From Candidatus Lindowbacteria bacterium RIFCSPLOWO2_12_FULL_62_27 (GTDB lineage Bacteria > Lindowbacteria > 2-12-FULL-62-27): a DNA stretch of 64,000 bases. The stretch covers positions 29,024 through 93,023 of the forward strand of contig MFPR01000017.1 in assembly GCA_001784175.1 (NCBI GenBank). The letters run 5' to 3'. Position numbers and translations under genes: made by a program. The notes under the pieces were generated by a model, which had not been told where the DNA came from, searched no databases, and saw nothing but the letters and a program-made list of their open reading frames with translations. Numbering within the stretch: position 1 is the first letter of the stretch; every line of letters begins with the position of its first letter. Shown one piece after another: positions 26,882 through 35,496 of this stretch.

Positions 26882-28012
26882 ATGAAAGGTCTTCCGTTTA
26901 TAGGCCAATTGGCCAAAATGTCACTGAAATCTCACAACCAAGAGGCCACCCCTTATGTGGAGGCGCTTATCCGTTTGGCCGAGGAAGAAGGGGATGTTAA
27001 ATCGGCCAAGAAACTGGCGGCAATCCTCGAAGATGCCCGAAAACGGGGATTTGTCGGGTCTAATTCGTCCTCGTCGCCCGGTGATCGATATCCGATGACA
27101 ACGTCTTCCGCGACAATGGAAATGCCTGTATCGATATCGAAATTCCTGGAAGACTCCCTGCCGGCGCCGCCGGAACGGCCGACTCTGGATGCTTCCGTAT
27201 CGCAAGGTATTCGAGATTATATTTTTCATGCTTCACATGGATTGAAGGAGAACATCTTTTTTGTCGGACCTTCGGGTACAGGCAAGACCTTGACGGCTGC
27301 ATGGCTTGCCGCACAATTGGAAAAGCCGTTGTATCGTCTGGCTTATCCTCGGGTCTTCGATAGTTATCTTGGCAGAACCGCTAGAAATCTGGTCGCGGCG
27401 TTCGAGGAGGTTAAACTCCTGGGTGGGATCCTTTTTATTGACGAGGTGGACGCCATTTTGAGGTCTCGGGAACTTACAGGCGACCACGGCGAGATGCAGC
27501 GGACGGTCAATGTGCTGCTCATGGAAATCGATAGAGCCCGCGATGAATTACCGATCTTTGCCGCGACCAATCTGTTCCATAAGGTGGATACGGCGGTGGC
27601 CAGACGATTTCATCTGATACTCCACTTCAATTTGCCCTCTGACTTTTTGCGCGAGCATTATGTTCGACTGAAGGTGAAACAATATATTCCTTCGTACCTG
27701 ATGACGTCTTTGATCAGGCTGACGGAAGGATTCTCCTACGCGGATTTGGAAAAGTTGCTTGGTTGCATGCCGGATTTCGATTTACCTCCGACCGCGTTTT
27801 GGCCGGAATTCTTGCGCGTTCTTTCACAAACGTCGCCACCCGCGACCGCTCAATCTATTTCAGAATTCGCGCATTCGCCATCCCCGATACAGGCGAGAAA
27901 GCTGATTGAATGGGGTGTGGAGAAACAAGTCGTCACTCAGATGTTTGGGATATCTTCTGCCCTTCTGACGAAATGGATTCAGGGAGAGAAGCTGGAGGTA
28001 GTCCATGGCTGA
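26882..28012 (+). CDS. AAA+ ATPase (IetA-like)
   Basis: Walker A GPSGTGKT, Walker B ILFIDEVD, sensor region AATNLFHKVD. Confidence 0.75.
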   Translation: MKGLPFIGQLAKMSLKSHNQEATPYVEALIRLAEEEGDVKSAKKLAAILEDARKRGFVGSNSSSSPGDRYPMTTSSATMEMPVSISKFLEDSLPAPPERPTLDASVSQGIRDYIFHASHGLKENIFFVGPSGTGKTLTAAWLAAQLEKPLYRLAYPRVFDSYLGRTARNLVAAFEEVKLLGGILFIDEVDAILRSRELTGDHGEMQRTVNVLLMEIDRARDELPIFAATNLFHKVDTAVARRFHLILHFNLPSDFLREHYVRLKVKQYIPSYLMTSLIRLTEGFSYADLEKLLGCMPDFDLPPTAFWPEFLRVLSQTSPPATAQSISEFAHSPSPIQARKLIEWGVEKQVVTQMFGISSALLTKWIQGEKLEVVHG

Positions 28013-30413
28013 CGAACCGGGTCGGCCGCGAAGCAGCATCCTCCGGGTTGATAAGCGGAAACAGAGGACGAAAGAGTTTACCGATAAGCGGACTGGGGGT
28101 GGGTATAAAAAGATTTTTCCGGATGTACAAGAACGCTTGACCTTCGTCGCCCATCAACTGGATATCGCCATCGACGATTACAAGTCCGCTTACGCCCTGA
28201 CGGAGTCATCCGCCCCGTACCTGGTATTTGAATTGCAGCCATCGGCCATCGCCAAATCTCACAGCGCCTTGGACGTGTTAAATGATTGCGGGCTCGAAGT
28301 CGTTGCCACTCGGACTCTGGAGGAGAAGATTGTGCATGGGGTCGAAGGGGCCTTTAAGCGGCTCGGGGGCGATTTGGTGATGGCCGCGAAAGATGCCCCG
28401 ACGGACGAACAACTCAAAAAATTGGATGCGGAAGATAAGGAGATTCGGAAGATAAAAAGGGAAGAAAAACGACTTGGAAAAGAAAGTGATGCCAAGAAAA
28501 CGGTTCACCGCTATCTGCCGGGTGGGAAGTTTTCATGGAACGAGGTGGCCCAGTTCTCAACGTTCCGGAATGTCGGGTTCATACGTCCTGAAGAGAAAAT
28601 GATGGTTCCGGCCAATTTCGAATCGGCGCCGGTCTTTGTCTCGACATTCCCGTTGTGTGACAGCGCAAACGACGACATCAGAATATGGATTACATGCATT
28701 GATAGCATCATCAAGAAATACAAAACGGGTATCCGTGTTTTACGCGCCAATAAGAAATTCATGGAAAATATACAGGAACACGCGTCGGGTTTGGAATGCG
28801 ATTGGAATTTTAAAGTGAATCGGGAATACAAATCCCATCAAAAATCCTTTGTGTTTCTGATTGAAAATGCGGGTGTCAAAGCGGTGCGTGAGTTGGCCGG
28901 GTGCGAGTTTGTGCGTACGGTGGCTTTGGGACATATCCAAACAGATGTGTTGCGCGCATCTTCAAAGTTGTCCATACCATCCCCGCCTGCGGCGATTCGA
29001 TCTTTGCCGGCGGCGGGGTTGGTGGACACGGGTATTGCATCTCCTTCAAAATTGGATCCCTATATCACTTTCCGTGGTGGAGAAAATACTATCCGCAATA
29101 AAAAAGTGTTTCATGCAACGGACGTGGCCTATCTCCTTGTCCACAATGGCGCCGCCACGCCTTGGAAACCGGACGTGGCCGGATTGCCGTGTGCCATCCG
29201 CGACGTGGCCAGAATTGATGGTGGAGACGTTGACGGGGATCAGCTGCGGGCGGCCATCTGGGAGGCAACCCGGGATTCGTCGGGGGATGGAACTGTGAAT
29301 TTTTCGGCATATGTGAACGAGGGGAGGCGGGCGAAGCCTACGCCGGAAGTCTCTGTGTTTGGTGAACTGTTGGATGATATGTCATTGGAGGCCGAAAATC
29401 TCATGATCGTTTGTTCCGCCGGTAATTCCGGATCGGTGGGAATGGATTCTCCCGCCGACGGAGTTCATGTGGTTTCCGTAGGTGCCTTTACCCGCACACC
29501 GCAAGGAAACTTTGTACGGTCGGATTACTCCTGTCACGGCGGCGGGATCGCGCACAATGCCAAGCCCACTTTTGTTGTACCTGTCCATGACTTGAATAAT
29601 AAGGATTCTACCTGGGATACACTCATTCCATCGGGTTCGCCTGGCACAAGTTTCGCTGCTCCGGTTGCCACGCGAGTTCACGCCGGCCTACGGCATCGTG
29701 GATATAATCGAGATGAAGCTTTGGCGCTGATGGTGCACCACGCAAAACATCCGGGGAAGGATGTTTATTACAAGCCATCGTCAAAAGAAATTGAGGAGTT
29801 TGGGTTTGGGGTGGTTCCTTCTATCAATGAATGCGACCCGCCGGATGGTTCGAGGATAACGTTGATCTACGATGTTCCCGTCAAACTCGGCAAATTTTAT
29901 GAATTGAGATTGCCGATACCGCAAGAGCTTTCGGATTATTCGGCATTTGCCCGTCTGACTGCATACACTCGCGCGCCATGCAGCCGAGAAATGGGTGAGG
30001 AATATGTTGCCGCCGAGGTTCCGACACATCTGAGAATGTATAAAAAAGAGGTCAAAAAGAATGGAGTGCCATATGTGGATTTGCCGCCGGAGCCGGTCGA
30101 CTGGAAAGCCCGATACGAGGAACATCGCATTAAATATGGATGGAAATGGGGCACGCTGAGGCGATATAGCAAGACCATCCGGTTCGGAAAATATAAAGAA
30201 TTTGCTCTAAGGATTGGTCCGGTTATATGGCGGAAATGGGTACCAGGGACTGTGAAAGGACAAGAAACAAAGGTGCAGTGTGTTCTTTCGTTTTATCCGC
30301 TTGAGGGCGAAGCACCGCCGTTTTTTGATTTCTTCCGCAGGGCGTTTGTTGCCGCGCAGGTGGAAGTGGAGGTTCCATTGGAGGTGCAAATCGAATTGGA
30401 AGGTGAAAGTTGA
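28005..30413 (+). CDS. S8 subtilisin-family serine peptidase with N-terminal non-catalytic region (IetS-like)
   Basis: Asp motif GLVDTGIASP, His region FHATDVAYLLV, Asn CSAGNSGS, Ser GTSFAAPVA; 8-bp overlap with the ATPase gene. Confidence 0.75.
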   Translation: MADEPGRPRSSILRVDKRKQRTKEFTDKRTGGGYKKIFPDVQERLTFVAHQLDIAIDDYKSAYALTESSAPYLVFELQPSAIAKSHSALDVLNDCGLEVVATRTLEEKIVHGVEGAFKRLGGDLVMAAKDAPTDEQLKKLDAEDKEIRKIKREEKRLGKESDAKKTVHRYLPGGKFSWNEVAQFSTFRNVGFIRPEEKMMVPANFESAPVFVSTFPLCDSANDDIRIWITCIDSIIKKYKTGIRVLRANKKFMENIQEHASGLECDWNFKVNREYKSHQKSFVFLIENAGVKAVRELAGCEFVRTVALGHIQTDVLRASSKLSIPSPPAAIRSLPAAGLVDTGIASPSKLDPYITFRGGENTIRNKKVFHATDVAYLLVHNGAATPWKPDVAGLPCAIRDVARIDGGDVDGDQLRAAIWEATRDSSGDGTVNFSAYVNEGRRAKPTPEVSVFGELLDDMSLEAENLMIVCSAGNSGSVGMDSPADGVHVVSVGAFTRTPQGNFVRSDYSCHGGGIAHNAKPTFVVPVHDLNNKDSTWDTLIPSGSPGTSFAAPVATRVHAGLRHRGYNRDEALALMVHHAKHPGKDVYYKPSSKEIEEFGFGVVPSINECDPPDGSRITLIYDVPVKLGKFYELRLPIPQELSDYSAFARLTAYTRAPCSREMGEEYVAAEVPTHLRMYKKEVKKNGVPYVDLPPEPVDWKARYEEHRIKYGWKWGTLRRYSKTIRFGKYKEFALRIGPVIWRKWVPGTVKGQETKVQCVLSFYPLEGEAPPFFDFFRRAFVAAQVEVEVPLEVQIELEGES

Positions 30414-31075
30414 TGTCCCGTATACTCTTGAACCTCCCCCCTCACGACCGCCCCCGCGAGAAATTCAAAGCCAAAGGCTCCGAATCCCTGTCCGACCAGG
30501 AGCTATTGGCCATCCTGCTTGGCAGCGGCACCAAAAAATCGGACGTTTTGAAAGTCGCCGAACATATACTCAAAGAGATCGACGGCTCTAAGAAAAAATG
30601 GAGGTTGGCGGATCTTCAGAAAATCGAAGGTGTCGGCGAAGCCAAGGCCATGCAGATTCTGGCTGCGATGGAGTTTGCCCGGCGCCGCATCCAGCCCGCC
30701 GGATTTAAAATCTCGTTCCCGGCTGACGTCGTCCCCCTCATTCGCCACTACGCCGACCGCAAACAAGAACATCTGATCTGCGTCACTCTGAACGGCGCAA
30801 ACGAAATCATCGCCACCCGCGTCGTTACGGTCGGCCTCGCCGACAAAATCCAAGTCCACCCCCGTGAACTCTTCGCCGACCCCCTGACCGACCGCGCCAC
30901 CGCCGTCATCATCGCCCACAATCATACCGGCTCGGACCTCATCCCGACCCGCGAAGACATCGAGACCACCCGCCGCCTCAAGGCCGCCGGCGAAACGATT
31001 GGCATCAAATTGCTCGACCACATCATATTCAACAAAACCGGCTATTACAGTTTTCTCGAGAAAGATAATTTGTGA
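30410..31075 (+). CDS. radC: RadC-like JAB/MPN domain protein
   Basis: N-terminal HhH-like LSDQELLAILLGSG and JAB motif AVIIAHNHTGSDLIPTREDIETTRRL; ATGA overlap with subtilase stop. Confidence 0.8.
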   Translation: MMSRILLNLPPHDRPREKFKAKGSESLSDQELLAILLGSGTKKSDVLKVAEHILKEIDGSKKKWRLADLQKIEGVGEAKAMQILAAMEFARRRIQPAGFKISFPADVVPLIRHYADRKQEHLICVTLNGANEIIATRVVTVGLADKIQVHPRELFADPLTDRATAVIIAHNHTGSDLIPTREDIETTRRLKAAGETIGIKLLDHIIFNKTGYYSFLEKDNL

Positions 31076-31088
31076 ATTGAGGTAATCC

Positions 31089-32723
31089 ATGGCCACCGGT
31101 CGCAATCAGCCGTGCCCCTGCGGAAGCGCAAGGAAATACAAGAGGTGTTGCGGCAATCCGCTAAAAATGTCGCTTAAGGGCATTCATCGCCCGACAGAAA
31201 GCCGCGTCGCGGACGGAATCGCCAAAGCGCTCGAACATCACAAGGCCTCTGAACTCATCCGATGTCAACAGCAGGGACTGGGCAAGCCGATCATCTCTAC
31301 AGAACATCAGGGCAGGCGCCTCGTGGCTGTTGGAAACAAAGTCTACCATTCGACCAAATTCAAAACATTCCCTGATTTTCTGTTCGCTTATGTAAAAGGC
31401 AAACTCGGTTCGGAGTGGGGCAATGCGGAGATCGTCAAGCCCCTGGAGGAGAGGCATATTATTCTGCAATGGTACAACGAGTATTACCTCTTCCAAAAAC
31501 GGCACTTCGACAAAGACCACGAAATCCAGTCTTTTCCGGCAACGGGTGTGGTCAATTGTTATCTCGGCCTTGCCTACAGTCTGTACTTGCTGGAGCACAA
31601 CGTCGAGCTCCAGGACCGTTTGCTCAAACGGCTAAAAGACTCGGCAAATTTCCAGGGAGCGTATTACGAATTAATCGTCGCAAACTGTCTGATTCGAGCC
31701 GGATTTGATTTGGTTCTCGAAGATGAAACCGATCGTGCCTCGAAGCATTGTGAATTTTCCGCCGTTTCACAGAAGACTGGAAAAAAATACTGGGTCGAAG
31801 CCAAGATGCGGGCGGTTTCCGGCATTCTCGGTAAATCCGACCATGACGGCACCCAATCGTTGGAACCGACTTCCTCGCTGATACAGCATGTGAACAAGGC
31901 GCTTGCAAAGCCGGCGGCGGATGAACGACTCATTTTCATCGATCTCAACACCGATCCGCCCGACGGGCAGAGTCTGCCGGATTGGATGGAACGAGCCGCA
32001 CAAAAACTTGAAGGCCTCGAAAAAACTTACCAAAAAGGGGAGCGCGCTTATATTTTTGTGACGAACATGGCGTTTCACCGGCGCTTGACGGACGCCCGCC
32101 CGGCTGGCGCCGTTTTGGTTCACGGATTTGGAATTCCCGATTTTGGAAGGCCGGGGGAATATCGGCTTACGGAAATTTACAGGAAAAGACAAAAACATAA
32201 GGATGCCTATCACATTTTTGAAGCCGTCAAAGAATATCCGAAATTTCCTTCGACGTTTGACGGTAGTTTGCCATCCGAAACCTTTGGTGATGGAGGTGGT
32301 CGCATTATTATTGGAGAAACGTATTTTTTTCCTGATATGGACGAGAAGGGAATTACAGGGACCGTCACTTCTGCCATGGTGAGTGAAACTGAAAAGACAG
32401 AACATTTGGGCATTACGACAAAAGATAACGGGTCATTTATTCTCAGCAGGCCGATGACAGAGGCGGAACTGACAGATTACAAAAACCATCCCGAGGCGTT
32501 TTTTGGTGTGATTCTTCAACCACCAGGGAACGCGAATGACCCGTACGAATTATTTGAATTTTTTGTTGGATGTTATAAAAACTCGTCTAAAGAGAAATTG
32601 CTAGAATTTTTAAAGGATTCGCAGGACACCGACTCCCTCGCGGCGTTGCCTCATATGGATTTGGTACTCGAATACTGCGAACGATTGGTCGCTGCCGCAG
32701 TGGCTGGCCAAGAAAACAGATGA
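31089..32723 (+). CDS. SEC-C-motif protein with PD-(D/E)xK-like core
   Basis: N-terminal NQPCPCGSARKYKRCCG; central FDLVLEDETD ... KYWVEAKM resembling a D-E-K nuclease triad. Confidence 0.55.
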   Translation: MATGRNQPCPCGSARKYKRCCGNPLKMSLKGIHRPTESRVADGIAKALEHHKASELIRCQQQGLGKPIISTEHQGRRLVAVGNKVYHSTKFKTFPDFLFAYVKGKLGSEWGNAEIVKPLEERHIILQWYNEYYLFQKRHFDKDHEIQSFPATGVVNCYLGLAYSLYLLEHNVELQDRLLKRLKDSANFQGAYYELIVANCLIRAGFDLVLEDETDRASKHCEFSAVSQKTGKKYWVEAKMRAVSGILGKSDHDGTQSLEPTSSLIQHVNKALAKPAADERLIFIDLNTDPPDGQSLPDWMERAAQKLEGLEKTYQKGERAYIFVTNMAFHRRLTDARPAGAVLVHGFGIPDFGRPGEYRLTEIYRKRQKHKDAYHIFEAVKEYPKFPSTFDGSLPSETFGDGGGRIIIGETYFFPDMDEKGITGTVTSAMVSETEKTEHLGITTKDNGSFILSRPMTEAELTDYKNHPEAFFGVILQPPGNANDPYELFEFFVGCYKNSSKEKLLEFLKDSQDTDSLAALPHMDLVLEYCERLVAAAVAGQENR

Positions 32724-32821
32724 TTTGGAATATTGGGATCCGGCCGGTGCGCAATTTGTGGACAACGCGCCGCCTTCTCTTTCACTGTCTCTCTTTCTAT
32801 ATCTCTCTTTCCCGTGCACTC

Positions 32822-32865
32822 TGTGTCACCATTCGCGGGCATCGTGTGTCACCATCTCGGTGACA
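32822..32865. repeat. two direct 11-bp repeats TGTGTCACCAT plus inverted GGTGACA forming a 7-bp palindrome
   Basis: Repeat copies at 32822-32832 and 32845-32855; inverted core at 32859-32865; preceded by a CT-rich tract 32775-32815. Confidence 0.5.
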
Positions 32866-32870
32866 GGGAG

Positions 32871-33248
32871 TCACATATCGGGGATTGTTGTGCACGGTTT
32901 TGGGGATAACGGCAGTTCGTCCTGGATGGCGAGGAGGGTGTAGGTGTTTGACCGCCGGCGGCGGCCTACGGACGGCGGGCTTCGTTTGATCGAGATGAGG
33001 CCGAGGTCGGCCAGTTGGCGGACGACGCGGATCACGTGGCGGCGCGAGAGGGCGAGCATCCGGGCGAGGGTGTCGTAGGAGGGGTGGCAGGAGCGGTGGT
33101 TGAAATCCGCGAACCGCGCCAGGGCCGCGTAGACGCCGACGCCGATGGCGCCGATTTCGGCGGCGTAGTTGTCGATTACGATGTGGTCGATGCGAAGCCA
33201 GTGGCCCGATGGGGCCCTGGGTTTGGGGTCCGGCATTGGGTCATCCAT
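32871..33248 (-). CDS. winged-helix DNA-binding protein
   Basis: SYDTLARMLALSRRHVIRVVRQLADLGLI wHTH-like segment. Confidence 0.4.
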   Translation of the reverse strand: MDDPMPDPKPRAPSGHWLRIDHIVIDNYAAEIGAIGVGVYAALARFADFNHRSCHPSYDTLARMLALSRRHVIRVVRQLADLGLISIKRSPPSVGRRRRSNTYTLLAIQDELPLSPKPCTTIPDM

Positions 33249-33260
33249 TTCTCCGCGCGA

Positions 33261-33521
33261 TCATTTGCCGGACGGCGGCCGGTAGGACTCGAAGATGAAG
33301 CGGTCGAGATCTTCCCGCCGGAATCTCCGGCTCTTGCCGATTTTGGAATAGGGCAGCCTGCCGCGCGCCACGAACGCGTCGAGGGCGTTCAGCGTCACCC
33401 GCAGATAACACGCCGCCTCCTTCGAACTCAGGTAGGGCGTGCTCGGCACCGGCACATCCGGCACCCGGCACCGGCTCTCGGTGCCGGCCTCTTTTTGCTC
33501 ATTATCCGTCGGGTGATCCAT
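33261..33521 (-). CDS. excisionase/AlpA-like HTH DNA-binding protein
   Basis: YLSSKEAACYLRVTLNALDAFVARGRLPYSKIGKSRRFRREDLDRFI matches the excisionase-type HTH. Confidence 0.5.
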   Translation of the reverse strand: MDHPTDNEQKEAGTESRCRVPDVPVPSTPYLSSKEAACYLRVTLNALDAFVARGRLPYSKIGKSRRFRREDLDRFIFESYRPPSGK

Positions 33522-33735
33522 GAATCAGTGTCCTTCCGCCTCTTCCGCGTCCTCGGACGCCTGAGTTGTATATCAGGAGAGATTATGTCTGTCAAGAAGC
33601 CATTATTGTTTTTAGAGTGATTATGTGGTATATAACACTGTCAGAAAGGATTGTATCTTTGTGAGAGAGCCGCTTGACAGAGGGGGTGGCCCATGTTGAA
33701 GTCGCCCGTAAGCGTATTTCCGAGGAGGTGGCCGG

Positions 33736-34152
33736 ATGGACAAATCGCTGGGAGAAGTGTTTCGAGAGCAGACGCATGCCAAGGACTTGACCGCGGAGGA
33801 TCTGGTCAAAAAAACGGGTGTCGGCACCCGTTCCCTGGTTTTCCAATTCTGGGCGGGCCGGACCTTTCCGCCGCTGCACAAGCTGATTTCGATGTTCAAC
33901 CTGGTTGGAATGGAATTCCACATATATGTCAACGGCCAGTTGCGAAAACTGAAACTGGACGGCCGGCGCGGTCTTTCTGACGCCGAGCGTGTGCTCGTCG
34001 GCGATCCCGGCGAAGTGGGCCTGCTGGATGGCCTGACGCCTTCCCAGGGAGAGGCGATTCTGGCGCAGGCGAATTTTTTCAGGGAATACAACGCCAGGAA
34101 GCAATCGGCGAAACCCGCCTCCGCCCGGCGTCGCGCGGACGCGGCGGCATAG
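33736..34152 (+). CDS. XRE-like HTH regulator
   Basis: LTAEDLVKKTGVGTRSLVFQFWAG HTH-like; GAGGAGG ribosome-binding site; divergent from the excisionase-like gene. Confidence 0.45.
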   Translation: MDKSLGEVFREQTHAKDLTAEDLVKKTGVGTRSLVFQFWAGRTFPPLHKLISMFNLVGMEFHIYVNGQLRKLKLDGRRGLSDAERVLVGDPGEVGLLDGLTPSQGEAILAQANFFREYNARKQSAKPASARRRADAAA

Positions 34153-34162
34153 GAGAAAGACC

Positions 34163-35335
34163 ATGCGCGTCAGGGTCATTCAACGAAAGGGCGCTTGGTG
34201 GATCGACTATTACTATCTGGACGAAACGGGCGCTTTGCGAAGAAAATACGAAAAGATCGGCCCGGGCAGGAAATTTGCGGAGACGGTGGCCGCCAAGCGC
34301 CGCGTGGAAATTCTGGAAGGAAAATTTCTGGACCGCCGTCGTTTCAAGCCCATCACGTTTGCGGACTTTATCCGGGAATTCGACGACAAGCACATGCGGT
34401 TTTTGAGAATTTACCGGCATGGCGGCAAGCAGTATCTCCGCCATCTGGTTTCCTTCTTTGGCGCAAGGCAACTCATGTCCATTTCGCAATTCGACGCCGC
34501 GCGGTTCAAGGTCCATTTCATGAGCCGGAAAACGCGCGCTGGAACCCCGCCGGCGAAATCGACCTTCAACCGGTATCTGTCGACTCTCATTTGCATCATG
34601 AACAAAGCGGTCGAATGGGGACATCTCCCGCAAAATCCGCTGTCGCGGGTGAAGAAGGAGCGAGAGGACGAAAAGCCGATGCGAATTTTAACGGCCGCCG
34701 AAAAAGTACGTCTCCTCGAAGTCGCGCTGGAGGATGGCCAGGAAGCGCACTCGCTCATCACGTTGGCGCTCAACACAGGTCTTAGGCGTGGTGATCTTCT
34801 GCGTCTTCAAATGAACGCGGCCATGATGCGTGAGCGAGAAATCCATCTCACGATGCAAAAAACCCGCCACGCCATTCATGTGCCGCTCAACAGAGCCGCC
34901 GAGTCTGCGATCAAAGCGTTGAACCGGGGCGACGACGAATTGTTATTCCCACCGAGGCGCGCGGACTCGAAAGACTCGCGCTGGCACTATGCATTGTGGC
35001 TAAAACTTGCAAATAGGGCCCAACTTCGTTATTGTCGTTTCCATGATTTGCGTCACACCTTCGCCACGGATCTTTTGCGGCGGGGCGTGAACATCAAAGT
35101 GGTCAAGGAGCTCCTGGGTCACCGGTCGATCCAAACGACAATGCGATATTTGCATTTCGTGGAGATCGACCGAAGGGCCGCGGTGGACACGCTGGAACCC
35201 GCCGCCGACGCCCGTGAGCCCCGTATGGCCCGGCAGTTTCCAATGCCAACGAATGCCGACTTACAGAACGCAACTGGAAACCTACTGGAGACCAAATGGA
35301 GACCAGAACGTCAAGTCGAGGAAGCGATCGCATGA
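34163..35335 (+). CDS. int: tyrosine-type site-specific recombinase/integrase
   Basis: C-terminal catalytic region HDLRHTFATDLLRRGVNIKVVKELLGHRSIQTTMRYLH with R, H-x-x-R and Y. Confidence 0.9.
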   Translation: MRVRVIQRKGAWWIDYYYLDETGALRRKYEKIGPGRKFAETVAAKRRVEILEGKFLDRRRFKPITFADFIREFDDKHMRFLRIYRHGGKQYLRHLVSFFGARQLMSISQFDAARFKVHFMSRKTRAGTPPAKSTFNRYLSTLICIMNKAVEWGHLPQNPLSRVKKEREDEKPMRILTAAEKVRLLEVALEDGQEAHSLITLALNTGLRRGDLLRLQMNAAMMREREIHLTMQKTRHAIHVPLNRAAESAIKALNRGDDELLFPPRRADSKDSRWHYALWLKLANRAQLRYCRFHDLRHTFATDLLRRGVNIKVVKELLGHRSIQTTMRYLHFVEIDRRAAVDTLEPAADAREPRMARQFPMPTNADLQNATGNLLETKWRPERQVEEAIA

Positions 35336-35380
35336 AAGTACATTCGCAATCCTCTATACATATTGGAGTACTGTAAACAC

Positions 35381-35464
35381 GGGGAGGTGCTCCAGTGGAC
35401 AACGAGAGCAGACTGTAAATCTGCCGCCCTTCGGGCTACGGAGGTTCGAATCCTCCCCTCCCCA
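35381..35464 (+). tRNA. tRNA-Tyr (anticodon GTA), class II with long variable arm
   Basis: Acceptor stem GGGGAGG/CCTCCCC, anticodon stem GCAGA/TCTGC with loop CTGTAAA, variable-arm hairpin GCCC-ttcg-GGGC, T-arm GGAGG-TTCGAAT-CCTCC, discriminator A; CCA not encoded. Confidence 0.8.
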
Positions 35465-35496
35465 TACATGGAGGTACAGGTCATGGGTCATGAGTC

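Larger units (their letters stand above)
32871..35335. mobile_element. integration/excision module of an integrative element (wHTH, Xis-like, XRE, tyrosine integrase)
   Basis: Clustered recombination and regulator genes ending next to tRNA-Tyr; element boundaries not determined. Confidence 0.4.

Noticed and set aside
32822-32865. Possible CRISPR array at the TGTGTCACCAT repeats
   Set aside because: Only two direct copies of an 11-bp unit with a 12-bp spacer and no cas genes nearby; too short and too few for a CRISPR array.
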